Positions 11,262 through 22,557 of a stretch of DNA of 64,000 bases are shown piece after piece. Position 1 is the first letter of the stretch. Every line of letters begins with the position of its first letter. Source of the DNA: Rhodanobacter sp. (GTDB taxonomy: Bacteria; Pseudomonadota; Gammaproteobacteria; Xanthomonadales; Rhodanobacteraceae); NCBI GenBank assembly GCA_040371205.1, contig AP031382.1, positions 987,562 through 1,051,561 of the forward strand. The letters run 5' to 3'. A program made the position numbers and the translations under genes. Under the pieces are notes generated by a model. It made no database searches, was not told the DNA's origin, and worked only from the letters and a program-made list of their open reading frames with translations.

Positions 11262-12101
11262 TCACGAATGCGTAAGCCCGGTCACGTGCCGCTCGTCGTC
11301 GTATTCCACGCAACTGTCGGCGAGTGCGGGGAGGGTGGCCAGCGCGTGCCGGCTGAGCCGCTCGAAGTGCTGCAGGAAGCGCGCCATGGCGGCCGCGTCC
11401 ATCGCCAGCGGCGCGCGGCGGGCCAGCAGCTCCTGCTCGGTCTCGCCGCGCCAGCGCCGCACCACGTCCCAGCCTGGCGCTTGCAGCACGATCAGCGCGT
11501 CGAACTTGCGCCACAGCGGCTGGTAGCCGCGCAATTGCTTGTTGACCCAGTGACGCCAGTTGCCTTCGGGATCTTCCTCGCGCTCCAGTGCGTTCACCGG
11601 TTCTTCCAGCGCGGTCTGCAGCTGCGGCCGGATGCCCAGCGCCCAGCCTTCCACGATCACCAGCTTGGGCGGGCGGGTGGCGCGCGGCCAGCGCGAAGGT
11701 TGCATGCGCGTGTCGCGGCCCTTGTCGAAGCGCGGCCACGCCACCGGCAGCTTCTCCGAGGCCTGCGGCAACGCCGCCAGCACCGAGAGCAGCAGTTCGA
11801 TCTCGTGCGTGCCCGGCACGCCGCGGGTGCGCAGCAGCGGATGGATCTGCTGGGCCATCAGCTCGCGGTCGGCGCGCGAATAGTAGAAGTCGTCCAGCGA
11901 CAGGATTTCGGTGGGCCAGCCGCGCGCCTCGGCCTGGGCCTTCATCTCCCGCGCCAGCGTGCTCTTGCCGCTGCCCTGCAGGCCGGACAGGCCGAGGATG
12001 TAGGGCCGGCGCGAGCGGGCGATGCGGCCGCCGTACTGGTCGAGCAGATGACCGGCCAGCGAAGCGTTCGGCCCGGGCGGCTGCGGCTTGGCCGCGCTCA
12101 T
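11262..12101 (-). CDS. P-loop kinase of the uridine-kinase/PRK superfamily, D-glycerate-3-kinase-like.
   Basis: A P-loop ILGLSGLQGSGKSTLAR is followed by LSLDDFYY. This resembles plant/yeast-type glycerate 3-kinase and bacterial homologs annotated simply as kinase. Confidence 0.6.
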   Translation of the reverse strand: MSAAKPQPPGPNASLAGHLLDQYGGRIARSRRPYILGLSGLQGSGKSTLAREMKAQAEARGWPTEILSLDDFYYSRADRELMAQQIHPLLRTRGVPGTHEIELLLSVLAALPQASEKLPVAWPRFDKGRDTRMQPSRWPRATRPPKLVIVEGWALGIRPQLQTALEEPVNALEREEDPEGNWRHWVNKQLRGYQPLWRKFDALIVLQAPGWDVVRRWRGETEQELLARRAPLAMDAAAMARFLQHFERLSRHALATLPALADSCVEYDDERHVTGLTHS

Positions 12102-12237
12102 TGGCGCGGGCCTGCTTCGGGCGGGCGCAGCCGGTCGTGGCCTCGGGCGGGATGGGGGATTGGGTTAAGATGGGCAGGCTTCATCCGCGTCATGATGGCG
12201 CGAGCGCGCCACGTTTCAAGGGAAAAGTTTCCAAGCC

Positions 12238-12825
12238 ATGCTGAGCCCCGAGATCCTGCAGACTTTCCGGCAATTGCTGGACGAGGCCCAAGCCTCCGGC
12301 GACCCCGAGCCGACCGCGATGAACCTGGCCACGGCGGATGCCGACGGGCGGGTGGCCTCGCGCATCGTGCTGCTCAAGGGTGTGGACGAACGCGGGTTCC
12401 GCTTCCACACCAACTACGACAGCGACAAGGGCGGCCAGCTGGCGGCGCATCCGCAGGTGGCGCTGTGCTTCCACTGGAAGCAGCTGCGCCACGGCGTGCA
12501 GGTGCGCGTGGAAGGCGTGGCGCGCAAGTTGCTGGCGGAGGAGTCCGACGCCTACTTCGCCACCCGCCCGCGCGGCAGCCAGATCGGCGCGTGGGCCTCG
12601 CTGCAGTCGCAGACGCTGCCCGACAGGCACAGCTTCGACGAACGCGTGGCGCGCTACGAGCACGAGTTCGAGGGCCGCGACGTGCCGCGTCCGCCGCACT
12701 GGGGCGGCTTCCTGGTCGAGCCGGACGTGGTCGAGTTCTGGTACGGCGCCGAGTTTCGCCTGCACGACCGCGTGCGCTGGAGCCGGCACGGCCAGACCTG
12801 GACGAGCCGGTTGTTGTACCCCTGA
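12238..12825 (+). CDS. pdxH: Pyridoxamine 5'-phosphate oxidase.
   Basis: It is 195 aa with RIVLLKG...RGFRFHTNYDSDKG and a C-terminal LYP, which is the PdxH signature. Confidence 0.9.
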   Translation: MLSPEILQTFRQLLDEAQASGDPEPTAMNLATADADGRVASRIVLLKGVDERGFRFHTNYDSDKGGQLAAHPQVALCFHWKQLRHGVQVRVEGVARKLLAEESDAYFATRPRGSQIGAWASLQSQTLPDRHSFDERVARYEHEFEGRDVPRPPHWGGFLVEPDVVEFWYGAEFRLHDRVRWSRHGQTWTSRLLYP

Positions 12826-12833
12826 GACCGGTC

Positions 12834-13631
12834 GTGAGCGATCCGTTTCCGCGGCGCATCGTCTGCCTCACCGAGGAGCCGACCGAGGTCCTCTACGCGC
12901 TGGGCGAGGAACACCGCATCGTCGGCATCTCCGGCTTCACCGTGCGCCCGCCGCGGGCGCGCAGGGAGAAGCCCAAGGTCTCGGCGTTCACCAGCGCGAA
13001 GATCGGCGAGATCCTCAAGCTGGAGCCTGACCTAGCGATCGGCTTCTCCGACATCCAGGCCGACATCGCGCGCGAGCTGGTGAAGGCCGGCGTCGAAGTG
13101 TGGATCAGCAACCACCGCAGCGTGGACGGCATCCTCGCCTACATCCGCCGCCTCGGCGCGATGGTCGGCGCGCATGCCAAGGCCGAGGCCTATGCGCAGC
13201 GCGCCGAGCGGCACATCGCGGCGGTCCGCGCGGCCGCGGCGGAATTGCCGCGCCGGCCCAGGGTGTATTTCGAGGAGTGGGACGAGCCCCTCATCACCGG
13301 CATCCGCTGGGTGGCCGAACTGGTGCGGATCGCCGGCGGCGACGACTGCTTCCCCGAACTGGCGCGCGAGCCGCTGGCGAAGCAGCGCATCCTCGCCAAC
13401 GGCGACGAAGTGGTGCGCCGCGCGCCGGACATCATCCTGGGCTCGTGGTGCGGCAAGCGCTTCCGGCCGGAGAAGGTGGCGGCGCGGCCGGGCTGGGCGG
13501 CCATTCCCGCGGTGCGCGACGGCGAGCTGCACGAGATCAAGTCGCCGATCATCCTGCAGCCGGGCCCGGCGGCGCTGTTCGACGGCCTGGATGCGATCCA
13601 CGCGGTGATCGCCGCCTGGGCGCGGCCTTGA
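12834..13631 (+). CDS. BtuF/FecB-like (cobalamin or siderophore) ABC substrate-binding-fold protein.
   Basis: A GTG start gives VSDPFPRRIVCLTEEPTEVLYALGEEHRIVGISGF, which is typical of the BtuF-like fold. There is no obvious signal peptide. The start was chosen just after the pdxH stop. Confidence 0.55.
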   Translation: MSDPFPRRIVCLTEEPTEVLYALGEEHRIVGISGFTVRPPRARREKPKVSAFTSAKIGEILKLEPDLAIGFSDIQADIARELVKAGVEVWISNHRSVDGILAYIRRLGAMVGAHAKAEAYAQRAERHIAAVRAAAAELPRRPRVYFEEWDEPLITGIRWVAELVRIAGGDDCFPELAREPLAKQRILANGDEVVRRAPDIILGSWCGKRFRPEKVAARPGWAAIPAVRDGELHEIKSPIILQPGPAALFDGLDAIHAVIAAWARP

Positions 13632-13750
13632 ACGGCGTGACCCGGTCCGCGGGCCGGGGCGGATTCGTGCCGCCACCGCGCGCCTAGGTTATGCCGTGCT
13701 GCAGCATGGGCTAGAATAGGCGTTTCCTCTCGTGCAGCGCCGTTCCCCGC

Positions 13751-16700
13751 ATGATCGCACTCGACGGGCAGAGCGCCCTTTCGTCCTTCCGCCTCGAACG
13801 CCTCAATGCCCGCCTCGATGCCTTGCATCGCGGCGCACACGTGCAGGCCGCGTGGTTCGTGTATTTCCTCGATGCCGCCGTTGCGCCGGATGGCGCGTTG
13901 CGCCAGCGCCTGCTGGAAGTGCTCGAGGCCAAGGACGCCGCGCCGGCGCCCGCCACGCTGTGGGTGGTGCCGCGCCTGGGCACGATCTCGCCATGGTCGA
14001 GCAAGGCCACCGACATCCTGCATGGTGCCGGTTTCGACCTGCGCCGCGTGGAGCGCGGTACGGCCTGGCATCTCACCGGGCTTCCCGTGGCGGGTACGCC
14101 CGCCCACGACGCCGTGCTGGCCCTGCTGCACGATGCGATGACGCAGTCCGTGCTGACCGCGCTGGCCGACGCGCAAGGCCTGTTTCTCGCCGGCCAGCCG
14201 GGCGACCTGGTGCACGTTGCGCTGGGCGGCGATGCCCGCGCCGCGCTCGCGCGCGCCAACGAGGAGCTGGGCCTGGCGCTGGCCGACGACGAGATCGACT
14301 ACCTCGCCGCGCGCTACGCCGAACTGGGCCGCGATCCCACCGACGCCGAACTCTTCATGTTCGCCCAGGCGAACTCCGAGCATTGCCGCCACAAGGTGTT
14401 CAACGCGAGTTGGACGCTGGACGGCGAAGAACAGGACAAGAGCCTGTTCGGGATGATCAAGAACACGCACCAGCACTCGCCCGCCTACACGCTGTCCGCC
14501 TACAAGGACAACGCGGCGGTGATCGAGGGCAGCGCGGGCAAGCGCTTCTTTGCCGCCGAGGGCGGCGTGTGGCGCGCGCACCAGGAGCAGATCGACTACG
14601 CGATCAAGGTGGAGACGCACAACCACCCCACCGCCATCGCGCCGTGGCCCGGCGCCGCGACGGGCGCGGGCGGCGAGATCCGCGACGAGGGCGCCACCGG
14701 CCGCGGAGCCAAGCCCAAGGCCGGCCTCACCGGTTTCTCGGTGTCCGACCTGCGCATCCCCGGCCATCCGCGGCCGTGGGAAGTGGAACGCCCGCTGCCG
14801 CCGCGCATGGCCAGCGCGTTCGAGATCATGCGCGACGGCCCGCTCGGCGCCGCCGCGTTCAACAATGAATTCGGCCGCCCGTGCCTGGGCGGCTATTTCC
14901 GTACCTACGAGCACGAGACCGGCGAAGCCGGCGTGCGCCGCGGCTACGACAAGCCGATCATGCTGGCCGGCGGCCTCGCCAACATCCGCCGCGACGACGT
15001 GCAGAAGCACGAGATCCGGCCCGGCCACGCGGTGATCGTGCTGGGCGGCCCGGCGATGCTGATCGGCCTGGGCGGCGGTGCGGCGTCGTCCGTGGCCTCC
15101 GGCGCGTCGAGCGCGGAACTGGACTTCGCCTCCGTGCAGCGCGACAACGCCGAGATGGAGCGCCGTTGCCAGCAGGTGATCGACGCCTGCTGGGCGCGCG
15201 GCGAGCACAATCCCATCGTCAGCATCCACGACGTCGGCGCGGGCGGCCTGTCCAACGCGATTCCCGAGCTGCTCAACGATGCCGGCGTGGGCGGCGAGAT
15301 CGACCTCTCGAAGGTGCCCTGCGACGACCCCTCGCTGTCGCCGATGCAGGTGTGGAGCAACGAGTCGCAGGAGCGCTACGTGCTCGGCATCGCGCCGGAG
15401 AACCTGCCGGAGTTCGAGGCGTACTGCGCGCGCGAGCGCTGCCCCTACGCCGTGGTCGGCACGGCGACCGAGGCGCGCGTGCTGCGCGTCACCGACCCGC
15501 GCCGCGACCTCGCCGTGATCGACCTGCCGATGGACGTGCTGTTCGGCAAGCCGCCGCGCATGCACCGCGACGCCAAGCGCATCAAGCCGCGCGTGGATCT
15601 GGTGCCCGACCTCACCGGCATCGGCATGGACGAAGCGCTGCTGCGCATCCTCCGTCTGCCCACCGTGGGCAGCAAGAACTTCCTGATCACCATCGGCGAC
15701 CGCACCGTCGGCGGCCTCAGCCATCGCGACCCGATGGTGGGCCCGTGGCAGGTGCCGGTGGCCGATTGCGCGGTGACGATGGCCGACTTCGATGGCTACC
15801 GCGGCGAAGCGATGGCGATGGCCGAGCGCGCGCCGGTGGCGCTGCTCGGCAGCGCCGATGCCGCGCGGCTGGCAGTGGGCGAGGCGATCACCAACCTGGC
15901 CGCCGCGCCGATCGCCTCGCTGGGCGAGGTCCGCCTGTCGGCGAACTGGATGGCCGCGGTGAACCACCCCGGCGAGGACGCCGCGCTGTTCGACGCGGTG
16001 AAGGCGGTGGGCATGGAACTGTGCCCGCAGCTCGACATCTCCATCCCGGTGGGCAAGGACTCGCTCTCCATGCAGACCGTGTGGAAGGACGGCGACACGC
16101 CGCAGCGCACGGTGTCGCCGGTGTCGCTGGTCATCACCGGCTTCGCGCGCGTGGAGGACGTGCGCCGCACGCTCACGCCGCAGCTCCGGCTGGATCGCGG
16201 CGACACCGACCTGTGGCTGCTCGACCTCGGTGCGGGCCGCGACCGGCTCGGCGCCTCCGCGCTGACCCAGGTGTTCAACCGCGGCGGCGGCGTGCCGCCG
16301 GACCTGGACGACGCCAAGCGCCTCAAGGCGCTGTTCGAGCTGGTGCAGGAAGCGAACCGCGCCGGCTTGCTGCTGGCCTATCACGACCGCTCCGACGGCG
16401 GCGTCATCGTCACCCTGCTGGAGATGGCCTTTACCGGCCATTGCGGCCTGGAAATCCTGCTCGACGGCTGGGCGGACGCCGCTTTGCGCGCGCTGTTCAA
16501 CGAGGAGCTGGGCGCGGTGCTGCAGGTGGCCGCGGCGAACCGCGAAGCCTTTGAGGCGCTGCTGGTGAAGCACAGCCTCGCCGGCATGAGCCACCGCATC
16601 GGCCGTCCCACCGAGAAGCTCGGCATCAAGCTGCTGTCCGGCGGCGAGAAGTTGTTCAAGTGGAACTGGACCACGCTGTACCGCGCGTGGAACGAAACCA

Positions 16701-17611
16701 GCCATGCCATGCAGCGCCTGCGCGACAACCCGCACAGCGCCGACGCCGAACTGGAATGGCGCCTGGACGACGCCGATCCCGGCATCAGCCCCAAGCTCAC
16801 CTTCGATCCGGCCGATGACATCGCGGCGCCGTTCGCGGCCAAGGGTGCGCGCCCGCGCGTGGCGATCCTGCGCGAGCAGGGCGTCAACGGCCAGGTGGAA
16901 ATGGCCGCCGCGTTCGACCGCGCCGGCTTCGAGGCGGTGGACGTGCACATGTCCGACCTCGCCAGCGGGCGGGTCAGGCTCGCCGACTTCCGCGGCCTCG
17001 CCGCGTGCGGCGGTTTCTCCTACGGCGACGTGCTGGGCGCGGGCCGCGGCTGGGCCACCTCCATCCTCTACAACGACTACCTGCGCGCCGAGTTCACCGC
17101 GTTCTTCGCCGATCCGTCGAAGTTCGCGCTGGGCGTGTGCAACGGCTGCCAGATGCTGAGCCAGCTCAAGGAGATCATCCCCGGCGCGCAGCACTGGCCG
17201 AAGTTCCTGCGCAACGCCTCCGAACAGTACGAGGCGCGCGTGGCCACGCTGGAGGTGCTGGATTCGCCCAGCCTGTTCTTCGCGGGCATGGCCGGTTCGC
17301 GCATCCCGGTGGCGGTGGCGCACGGCGAAGGCCGCGTGCACTTCCCCACCGTGTGCAGCCCGTCCAAGGCGCAGGCGGCGGTGCGCTTCGTGGACAACCG
17401 CGGCAAGCCCACCGAACACTTCCCGCTCAATCCCAACGGTTCGCCCGGCGGCCTGGCCGGCTTCACCGCCGCCGACGGCCGCGTGACCATCCTGATGCCG
17501 CATCCGGAGCGTGTGTTCCGCAGCGTGCAGATGAGCTGGCACCCGGACAGCTGGGGCGAGGATTCGCCGTGGATGCGCATGTTCCGCAATGCGCGGGCGT
17601 GGTGCGGCTGA
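13751..17611 (+). CDS. purL: Phosphoribosylformylglycinamidine synthase (single-chain large PurL).
   Basis: It is 1286 aa. The N-terminus [18 protein letters not shown] matches the PurL PurS-like start. A C-terminal glutaminase domain is present. Confidence 0.95.
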   Translation: MIALDGQSALSSFRLERLNARLDALHRGAHVQAAWFVYFLDAAVAPDGALRQRLLEVLEAKDAAPAPATLWVVPRLGTISPWSSKATDILHGAGFDLRRVERGTAWHLTGLPVAGTPAHDAVLALLHDAMTQSVLTALADAQGLFLAGQPGDLVHVALGGDARAALARANEELGLALADDEIDYLAARYAELGRDPTDAELFMFAQANSEHCRHKVFNASWTLDGEEQDKSLFGMIKNTHQHSPAYTLSAYKDNAAVIEGSAGKRFFAAEGGVWRAHQEQIDYAIKVETHNHPTAIAPWPGAATGAGGEIRDEGATGRGAKPKAGLTGFSVSDLRIPGHPRPWEVERPLPPRMASAFEIMRDGPLGAAAFNNEFGRPCLGGYFRTYEHETGEAGVRRGYDKPIMLAGGLANIRRDDVQKHEIRPGHAVIVLGGPAMLIGLGGGAASSVASGASSAELDFASVQRDNAEMERRCQQVIDACWARGEHNPIVSIHDVGAGGLSNAIPELLNDAGVGGEIDLSKVPCDDPSLSPMQVWSNESQERYVLGIAPENLPEFEAYCARERCPYAVVGTATEARVLRVTDPRRDLAVIDLPMDVLFGKPPRMHRDAKRIKPRVDLVPDLTGIGMDEALLRILRLPTVGSKNFLITIGDRTVGGLSHRDPMVGPWQVPVADCAVTMADFDGYRGEAMAMAERAPVALLGSADAARLAVGEAITNLAAAPIASLGEVRLSANWMAAVNHPGEDAALFDAVKAVGMELCPQLDISIPVGKDSLSMQTVWKDGDTPQRTVSPVSLVITGFARVEDVRRTLTPQLRLDRGDTDLWLLDLGAGRDRLGASALTQVFNRGGGVPPDLDDAKRLKALFELVQEANRAGLLLAYHDRSDGGVIVTLLEMAFTGHCGLEILLDGWADAALRALFNEELGAVLQVAAANREAFEALLVKHSLAGMSHRIGRPTEKLGIKLLSGGEKLFKWNWTTLYRAWNETSHAMQRLRDNPHSADAELEWRLDDADPGISPKLTFDPADDIAAPFAAKGARPRVAILREQGVNGQVEMAAAFDRAGFEAVDVHMSDLASGRVRLADFRGLAACGGFSYGDVLGAGRGWATSILYNDYLRAEFTAFFADPSKFALGVCNGCQMLSQLKEIIPGAQHWPKFLRNASEQYEARVATLEVLDSPSLFFAGMAGSRIPVAVAHGEGRVHFPTVCSPSKAQAAVRFVDNRGKPTEHFPLNPNGSPGGLAGFTAADGRVTILMPHPERVFRSVQMSWHPDSWGEDSPWMRMFRNARAWCG

Positions 17612-17664
17612 GCCAGCCACTGCCGGGGCGCCGGTGGCCGGCGTGGCTGCCGGCGCTGGCTGGG

Positions 17665-18339
17665 TTGCTGTTGCTGGCTTGCCTGCCGTGGTGGCTGGGA
17701 CTCCCTTTGTTGCTGGCCTGCGCATGGGCTTTGTGCTGGCGCGCCGGGCGGTTTGCCGCGCCGTTGCGGCGCGGCCTGCGCTGGGCATTGGCCGGTTGGC
17801 TGCTGGCGATCTGGCGCGGCTTCGGTGCCGACGCGCAGGCGCTGCTATGGAGCCTGCTGGCCGCGCTGGCCGGCTATTCCTTGCTGGTGTTGCTGGAGAG
17901 CTGGCTGGGTCGTGGCCGCAGCGGCGAAGCCTTGCACGCGCCGACGAGCGAGTGGTCCGAGCTGGCGCAGGCGCCCATCGGCCCCACGGACACCCTCATC
18001 GAGCTGCGGCCACCTTCGTGGCGCGCATTGGCGCAGGGCGCGGCCGATCCGCTGGGCGGCCGCTTGCATTGGCGGCAGGGCGCAGCCCAGCTGGCGGAGG
18101 GGCGCGCCATCGCAGGGGTAGAGCCATGCTGCGACTTTTCGGACGATGGACGCTGGCTGGCGTTGCCCATGGCCGATCACGGCGGCCTGTGGCTGCTGGA
18201 TCGCCGCCGCGACCGCTGCCATCGCCTGCGCGGCTGGCAACTCGCGGGCTGGCATGGCGGCCAGCCGTGGCTGAGCCGCGGCGACGAACGCATGCCGATG
18301 CCGCTCGCCCATGCGCTTGGCCGCGACGAGGACGATTGA
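17665..18339 (+). CDS. Hypothetical membrane protein with a soluble C-terminal domain. The start codon is uncertain (a TTG is proposed).
   Basis: In the frame after the purL stop, two Trp/Leu-rich TM segments (LLLLACLPWWLGLPLLLACAWALCW and LLWSLLAALAGYSLLVLLESW) are followed by a non-repetitive domain. GC3 is high. There is no in-frame ATG or GTG between the purL stop and the first TM segment. Confidence 0.3.
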   Translation: MLLLACLPWWLGLPLLLACAWALCWRAGRFAAPLRRGLRWALAGWLLAIWRGFGADAQALLWSLLAALAGYSLLVLLESWLGRGRSGEALHAPTSEWSELAQAPIGPTDTLIELRPPSWRALAQGAADPLGGRLHWRQGAAQLAEGRAIAGVEPCCDFSDDGRWLALPMADHGGLWLLDRRRDRCHRLRGWQLAGWHGGQPWLSRGDERMPMPLAHALGRDEDD

Positions 18340-18433
18340 GCGTGTCGCGCCGCATGCCTGCAGTCGCAAACTTCACTTGCCTTGCGGCAGAATCTCGCCG
18401 CGATCTCCATTGTTCGTCCCGAGCCTTCGCATC

Positions 18434-19312
18434 GTGAACACGTTTTCCCCTTTCCAGCCCTTGCCGCTCAGCGTGATCGTGGTCTCCGCCGACAGCGGTC
18501 CGGGTTTGCGCGAATGCGTGCGAAAGGTGCTGGCGTGCACCACACGGCTCGAACTGCTGCTGATCGACAACGCCTCGCGCGACGGCGTGCCGGCCGCGGT
18601 GGCGCGCGCCTGCGAGCACGATGCGCGCTTCCGCCTGATCCAGAACCATCGCAACCTCGGCTTCGGCCCGGCGGCGAACCGTGCCGCAAAGCAAGCCACC
18701 GGCGAGCTGCTGCTGGTGCTCAATCCGGATTGCCTGCTCGACCAGGCCAGCCTCGACCGCCTGCTCGCGGTGTTCGCGCAGGAAAAGCAGGTCGGCCTGC
18801 TCGGCGCCGTGGTCTGCGATGCGCAGGGCGTGCCCGATCCCGCCTCGCGCCGGCGCGATCCGCTGCTGCGCCGCGCATTGTCCAGCCTGTCCGGCGGCAA
18901 GGGCGAACGGGTCGAGGTCGGTGGCGCGATGCCGGACGGACTGGTCGAGGCCGAGGCGGTGTCCGGCGCGCTGATGCTGCTGCCGCGTCGCCTGTTCGAG
19001 CGGCTGGGCGGCTTCGACGAGGGCTACTTTCTGCATTGCGAGGATCTCGACCTTTGCCGCCGCGTGCGCGACGCCGGCTGGCGCGTGCTGCTGGCCGGCG
19101 ACGTGCGCGTGCAGCACGGCAAGGGCGGCTCCAGCCGGCACCGGCCGGTGTTCGTGAGCCGCCACAAGCATCGCGGCATGTGGCGCTGGTTCCGCAAGTT
19201 CGATCCGTTCGCGCGCAACCCGTTGGTGGCGGCCACGGTATGGCTGGGCATCTGGGCGCATTTCATGGTGCAGGTCCCCGGCCTGCTGGTGCGCAGGGCG
19301 AGGAGCGGATGA
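18434..19312 (+). CDS. Glycosyltransferase family 2.
   Basis: Motifs LSVIVVSADSG...IDNASRDG...(DxD) are present, and HCEDLDLCRR is typical of GT2. A GTG start was chosen after the upstream gene. Confidence 0.7.
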   Translation: MNTFSPFQPLPLSVIVVSADSGPGLRECVRKVLACTTRLELLLIDNASRDGVPAAVARACEHDARFRLIQNHRNLGFGPAANRAAKQATGELLLVLNPDCLLDQASLDRLLAVFAQEKQVGLLGAVVCDAQGVPDPASRRRDPLLRRALSSLSGGKGERVEVGGAMPDGLVEAEAVSGALMLLPRRLFERLGGFDEGYFLHCEDLDLCRRVRDAGWRVLLAGDVRVQHGKGGSSRHRPVFVSRHKHRGMWRWFRKFDPFARNPLVAATVWLGIWAHFMVQVPGLLVRRARSG

Positions 19313-20205
19313 CCTCGCGCCACACGGTTCTGCCCACCCTGGGTCTGCTGACGATGACCGCCGTGTGGGGTTCCACCTTCGTGCTCATCAAGGACGTGGT
19401 GGCGCGCATGCCGGTGGCGGATTTCCTCGCCGTGCGCTTCGCCGTGGCCGCGCTGGCGATGCTGGCGCTGTTTCCGCGCCATGTATGGCGGCTCGGCCGC
19501 AACGGCTTCGCGCAGGGGCTGGCGCTCGGCGCGATCTACGGCTGCGGGCAGTTGCTGCAGACCTGGGGGCTGGCGCTGATCTCGCCGAGCGTCAGCGGCT
19601 TCGCCACCGGCATGTATGTGGTGTTCACGCCCATCCTCGCCACGGCGCTGTTCCGGCAGCGGATGCCTGGCGTGGTGTGGGTCGCGGTGGCGCTGGCCAC
19701 GGCCGGCCTGGCGCTGCTCTCGCTCAACGGCTTGTCGGTGGATGCCGGCGTATGGCTGACGCTGGCTTCGGCGGCGCTGTACGCGCTGCACATCGTGTTG
19801 CTGGGGCAGTGGTCGCGCCACGGCGAGGCCTTCGGCCTGTCGGCGGTGCAGATGGTCGCCATCGCCGTCGTCTGCCTGCTCGCCACGTGGCCGCACGGCG
19901 GGCCGGCGTTGCCGCCCGACCGCGCCGCGTGGCTGGCCGTGCTCTACATGGCGCTGATCGCCGGCGCGGGAGCGATGCTGATGCAGACCTGGGCGCAGGC
20001 GCATCTGCCCGCCACCCGCGCCGCCATCGTGATGACCACCGAACCCGTGTTCGCCGCCGCCTTCGCGGTGGCGCTCGGCAGCGACGTGCTGGGCTGGCGC
20101 ATGCTCGCCGGCGGCGCCCTGGTGCTGGGCGCGATGTATCTGGTGGAACTGATGCCGCGCCGTTCGGCGGCGCTGGGCGCGGAGGCGGCGCACCACGAGG
20201 TGTGA
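19309..20205 (+). CDS. DMT-superfamily (EamA-like) transporter.
   Basis: It has ten predicted TM segments and two EamA repeats. AGGAG lies before the ATG. It overlaps the GT2 stop by 4 nt (ATGA). Confidence 0.8.
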   Translation: MTSRHTVLPTLGLLTMTAVWGSTFVLIKDVVARMPVADFLAVRFAVAALAMLALFPRHVWRLGRNGFAQGLALGAIYGCGQLLQTWGLALISPSVSGFATGMYVVFTPILATALFRQRMPGVVWVAVALATAGLALLSLNGLSVDAGVWLTLASAALYALHIVLLGQWSRHGEAFGLSAVQMVAIAVVCLLATWPHGGPALPPDRAAWLAVLYMALIAGAGAMLMQTWAQAHLPATRAAIVMTTEPVFAAAFAVALGSDVLGWRMLAGGALVLGAMYLVELMPRRSAALGAEAAHHEV

Positions 20206-20223
20206 GCCGGCGCGGACGGCCGC

Positions 20224-21813
20224 TCAGCAGCGCGCGACGAATTCCGCCGCCCGTTCGCCGATCATCGCGCAGGCCGCCTGGGTGTTGCCGGAGATCAACG
20301 TGGGCATCACCGAGGCGTCGGCCACGCGCAGGTTGGCGATGCCGCGCACGCGCAGTTCCGGATCGACCGCCGAGGCGGCATCGCTGCCCATGCGGCAGGT
20401 GCCCGCCGGGTGGTAGATGGTGTCGGCGTGCGCACGCACGATGCCGCGCAGGCGCGCTTCGTCGTCCGTCTCGGCGTCGTACAGCGCCGGCCCCGCATAG
20501 CGCGCGAAGGCGGGCGCGGCGAGGATGCGCCGTGCGAGCGCGGTGCCGGCGAGCAGCGTTTCCATGTCGCGCTCGTCGGCGAGGAAGGCCGGGTCGATCA
20601 GCGGCGCATGCCGCACGTCGGCGCTGGCCAGCCGCACATGGCCGCGGCTGTGCGGGCGCAGCACGCAGGTATGCAGCGACAGGCCGCGCGTGGCGTGCAG
20701 GCGGCGGCTGTGGTTGTCCACGATGCCGATGCACAGGTGCAACTGGATGTCCGGCCGTTCGAGTTCGGGGCGCGAGCGCAGGAAGCCGCCGGCCTCGGCC
20801 ACGTTGCTGGTGAGCAGGCCGCTGCCGCGCCGGAACGGTGCGATGGCGCGCACCGCCTGCGGCACGATGGACGGCACCGTGCCGAACAGGCCGCGGTCGT
20901 TCACCGCGCGGCTGATGACGAAGTCCACGTGGTCCTGCAGATTCGCGCCGACCTCGGGGCTGTCGCGCAGCACCGGGATACCCAGCGCATGCAGGTGGCC
21001 GGCGGGGCCGATGCCGGAAAGCATCAGCAATTGCGGCGTGCCGAAGGCGCCGGCCGACAGCACCACTTCGCCGCGCGCGGCGTACCGTGTGCCATCGGCG
21101 CAGGCGATGCCGCACGCGCGGCCATGTTCGACCAGCACGCGCGCCACCGGCGTGTCGCTCAGCACGGCAAGGTTCTTCGGCGCCAGTGCGGCAAGGTAGG
21201 CGCGCGCCGCGTTCCAGCGCCGGCCGTGGCGCTGGAACACCTGGTACAGGCCGACGCCTTCCTGGCTGGCGCCGTTGAAATCGGTATTGCGCGGATGGCC
21301 GCATTGCACGGCGGCCTCCACGAAGGCGCGCGCGCACTCGCTGGGGCTGGCCAGGTCGCTCACCGCCAGCGGACCGCCGGTGGCGTGCCAGCCGTCCGCG
21401 CCGCGCGCGTTGTCCTCGCTGCGCAGGAAGTACGGCAGCACGTCGCGCCAGGCCCAGCCGTCGGCGCCCAGGCGCGCCCAGCCGTCGTAGTCCTCGCGCT
21501 GGCCGCGGATGTAGATCATCGCGTTGATCAGGCTGGAGCCGCCCAGCCCGCGCCCGCGCGGCTGCACGCCGCGGCGCCCGTCCAGGCCGGCTTGCGGCAC
21601 GGTGCGGTAGCTGTAGTTGCGCGCGTTGCGGAATGGCACCAGGGTGGCGATGCCCAGCGGCACGTCGGAGCGGATGCCGCTCTTCGCCGGCCCGGTCTCG
21701 ACCAGCAGCACCGAGGCCTGTGGTTGAGCGAGCGCCAGCCGCGTGGCCGCGGCGCAGCCCGCCGGCCCGGCGCCGACGACGATGTGGTCGAAGGTGCCGA
21801 GTGGTCCGCTCAT
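20224..21813 (-). CDS. GMC-family FAD oxidoreductase (choline-dehydrogenase-like).
   Basis: The start is [27 protein letters not shown] (an FAD-binding GxGxxG fold). A C-terminal HPAGTCRMG motif is the GMC signature. Confidence 0.85.
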   Translation of the reverse strand: MSGPLGTFDHIVVGAGPAGCAAATRLALAQPQASVLLVETGPAKSGIRSDVPLGIATLVPFRNARNYSYRTVPQAGLDGRRGVQPRGRGLGGSSLINAMIYIRGQREDYDGWARLGADGWAWRDVLPYFLRSEDNARGADGWHATGGPLAVSDLASPSECARAFVEAAVQCGHPRNTDFNGASQEGVGLYQVFQRHGRRWNAARAYLAALAPKNLAVLSDTPVARVLVEHGRACGIACADGTRYAARGEVVLSAGAFGTPQLLMLSGIGPAGHLHALGIPVLRDSPEVGANLQDHVDFVISRAVNDRGLFGTVPSIVPQAVRAIAPFRRGSGLLTSNVAEAGGFLRSRPELERPDIQLHLCIGIVDNHSRRLHATRGLSLHTCVLRPHSRGHVRLASADVRHAPLIDPAFLADERDMETLLAGTALARRILAAPAFARYAGPALYDAETDDEARLRGIVRAHADTIYHPAGTCRMGSDAASAVDPELRVRGIANLRVADASVMPTLISGNTQAACAMIGERAAEFVARC

Positions 21814-22451
21814 CAGCCTGGCAGTTGCTTGGTGCCGAAGATCTTGTCGCCGGCGTCGCCCAGCCCGGGCAGGATGTAGCCGTGTTCGTTGAGCCGCTCG
21901 TCGATGGCGGCGGTGTAGATCTCGATGTCGGGGTGCGCCGCCTCGATGCGCTTCAGGCCTTCCGGCGCGGCGACCAGGAACAGGCCCTTGATGCGCGTGC
22001 AGCCGGCCGCCTTGAGCATGTCCACGGTGGCGACCAGGGTGCCGGCGGTGGCCAGCATCGGGTCGACGATCAACGCGATGCGCTCGTCCATGCGGCCGGT
22101 GAGTTTCTCGTAGTAGGCGATCGGCTGGAGCGTCTGCTCGTCGCGCTGCAGGCCTACCACGCTGACCTTGGCGGCGGGGATCAGGTCGAGCACGCCGGGC
22201 AGCATGCCGAGGCCGGCGCGCAGGATCGGCACGATGGTGATCTTGGCGCCCTTGATCCGCTGCACGGTAAGCGGGCCGGCCCAGCCGTCGATGTGTTCCT
22301 CGACGGTTTCCAGGTCCTTGGTGGCCTCGTAGGTGAGCAGGGCGGCGACCTCGCCCGCCAGCTCGCGGAACTCCTTGGTGCTGATGCCGGCGCGGCGCAT
22401 CAGGCCGAGCTTGTGCTGGATCAAGGGGTGGCGGACTTCGACGGTCTTCAT
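21813..22451 (-). CDS. upp: Uracil phosphoribosyltransferase.
   Basis: The start is [19 protein letters not shown], followed by [13 protein letters not shown], the PRPP-binding motif. Its stop overlaps the GMC start by 1 nt. Confidence 0.9.
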   Translation of the reverse strand: MKTVEVRHPLIQHKLGLMRRAGISTKEFRELAGEVAALLTYEATKDLETVEEHIDGWAGPLTVQRIKGAKITIVPILRAGLGMLPGVLDLIPAAKVSVVGLQRDEQTLQPIAYYEKLTGRMDERIALIVDPMLATAGTLVATVDMLKAAGCTRIKGLFLVAAPEGLKRIEAAHPDIEIYTAAIDERLNEHGYILPGLGDAGDKIFGTKQLPG

Positions 22452-22496
22452 TCGGCGGATGTTTCGGCGGCGGTGCCGCAAGCATAGCGGCAGACG

Positions 22497-22526
22497 AAAA
22501 GGCGCCGCCTGCCGGCGACGCCTTTG
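22497..22526 (-). terminator. Rho-independent terminator downstream of psiF.
   Basis: On the minus strand the sequence reads ggcgtcgcc-ggca-ggcggcgcc, a 9-bp stem with one G.U pair. It is followed by a uuuu tract about 32 nt after the psiF stop. Confidence 0.5.
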
Positions 22527-22557
22527 CCCGAGAACGGCTGCAAGGGTTCCGGGCGCG

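Noticed and set aside
17589-18437. A 282-aa plus ORF after purL.
   Set aside because: It is Ala/Gly/Arg-rich repetitive translation. The alternative frame (17612-18339) looks far more protein-like.
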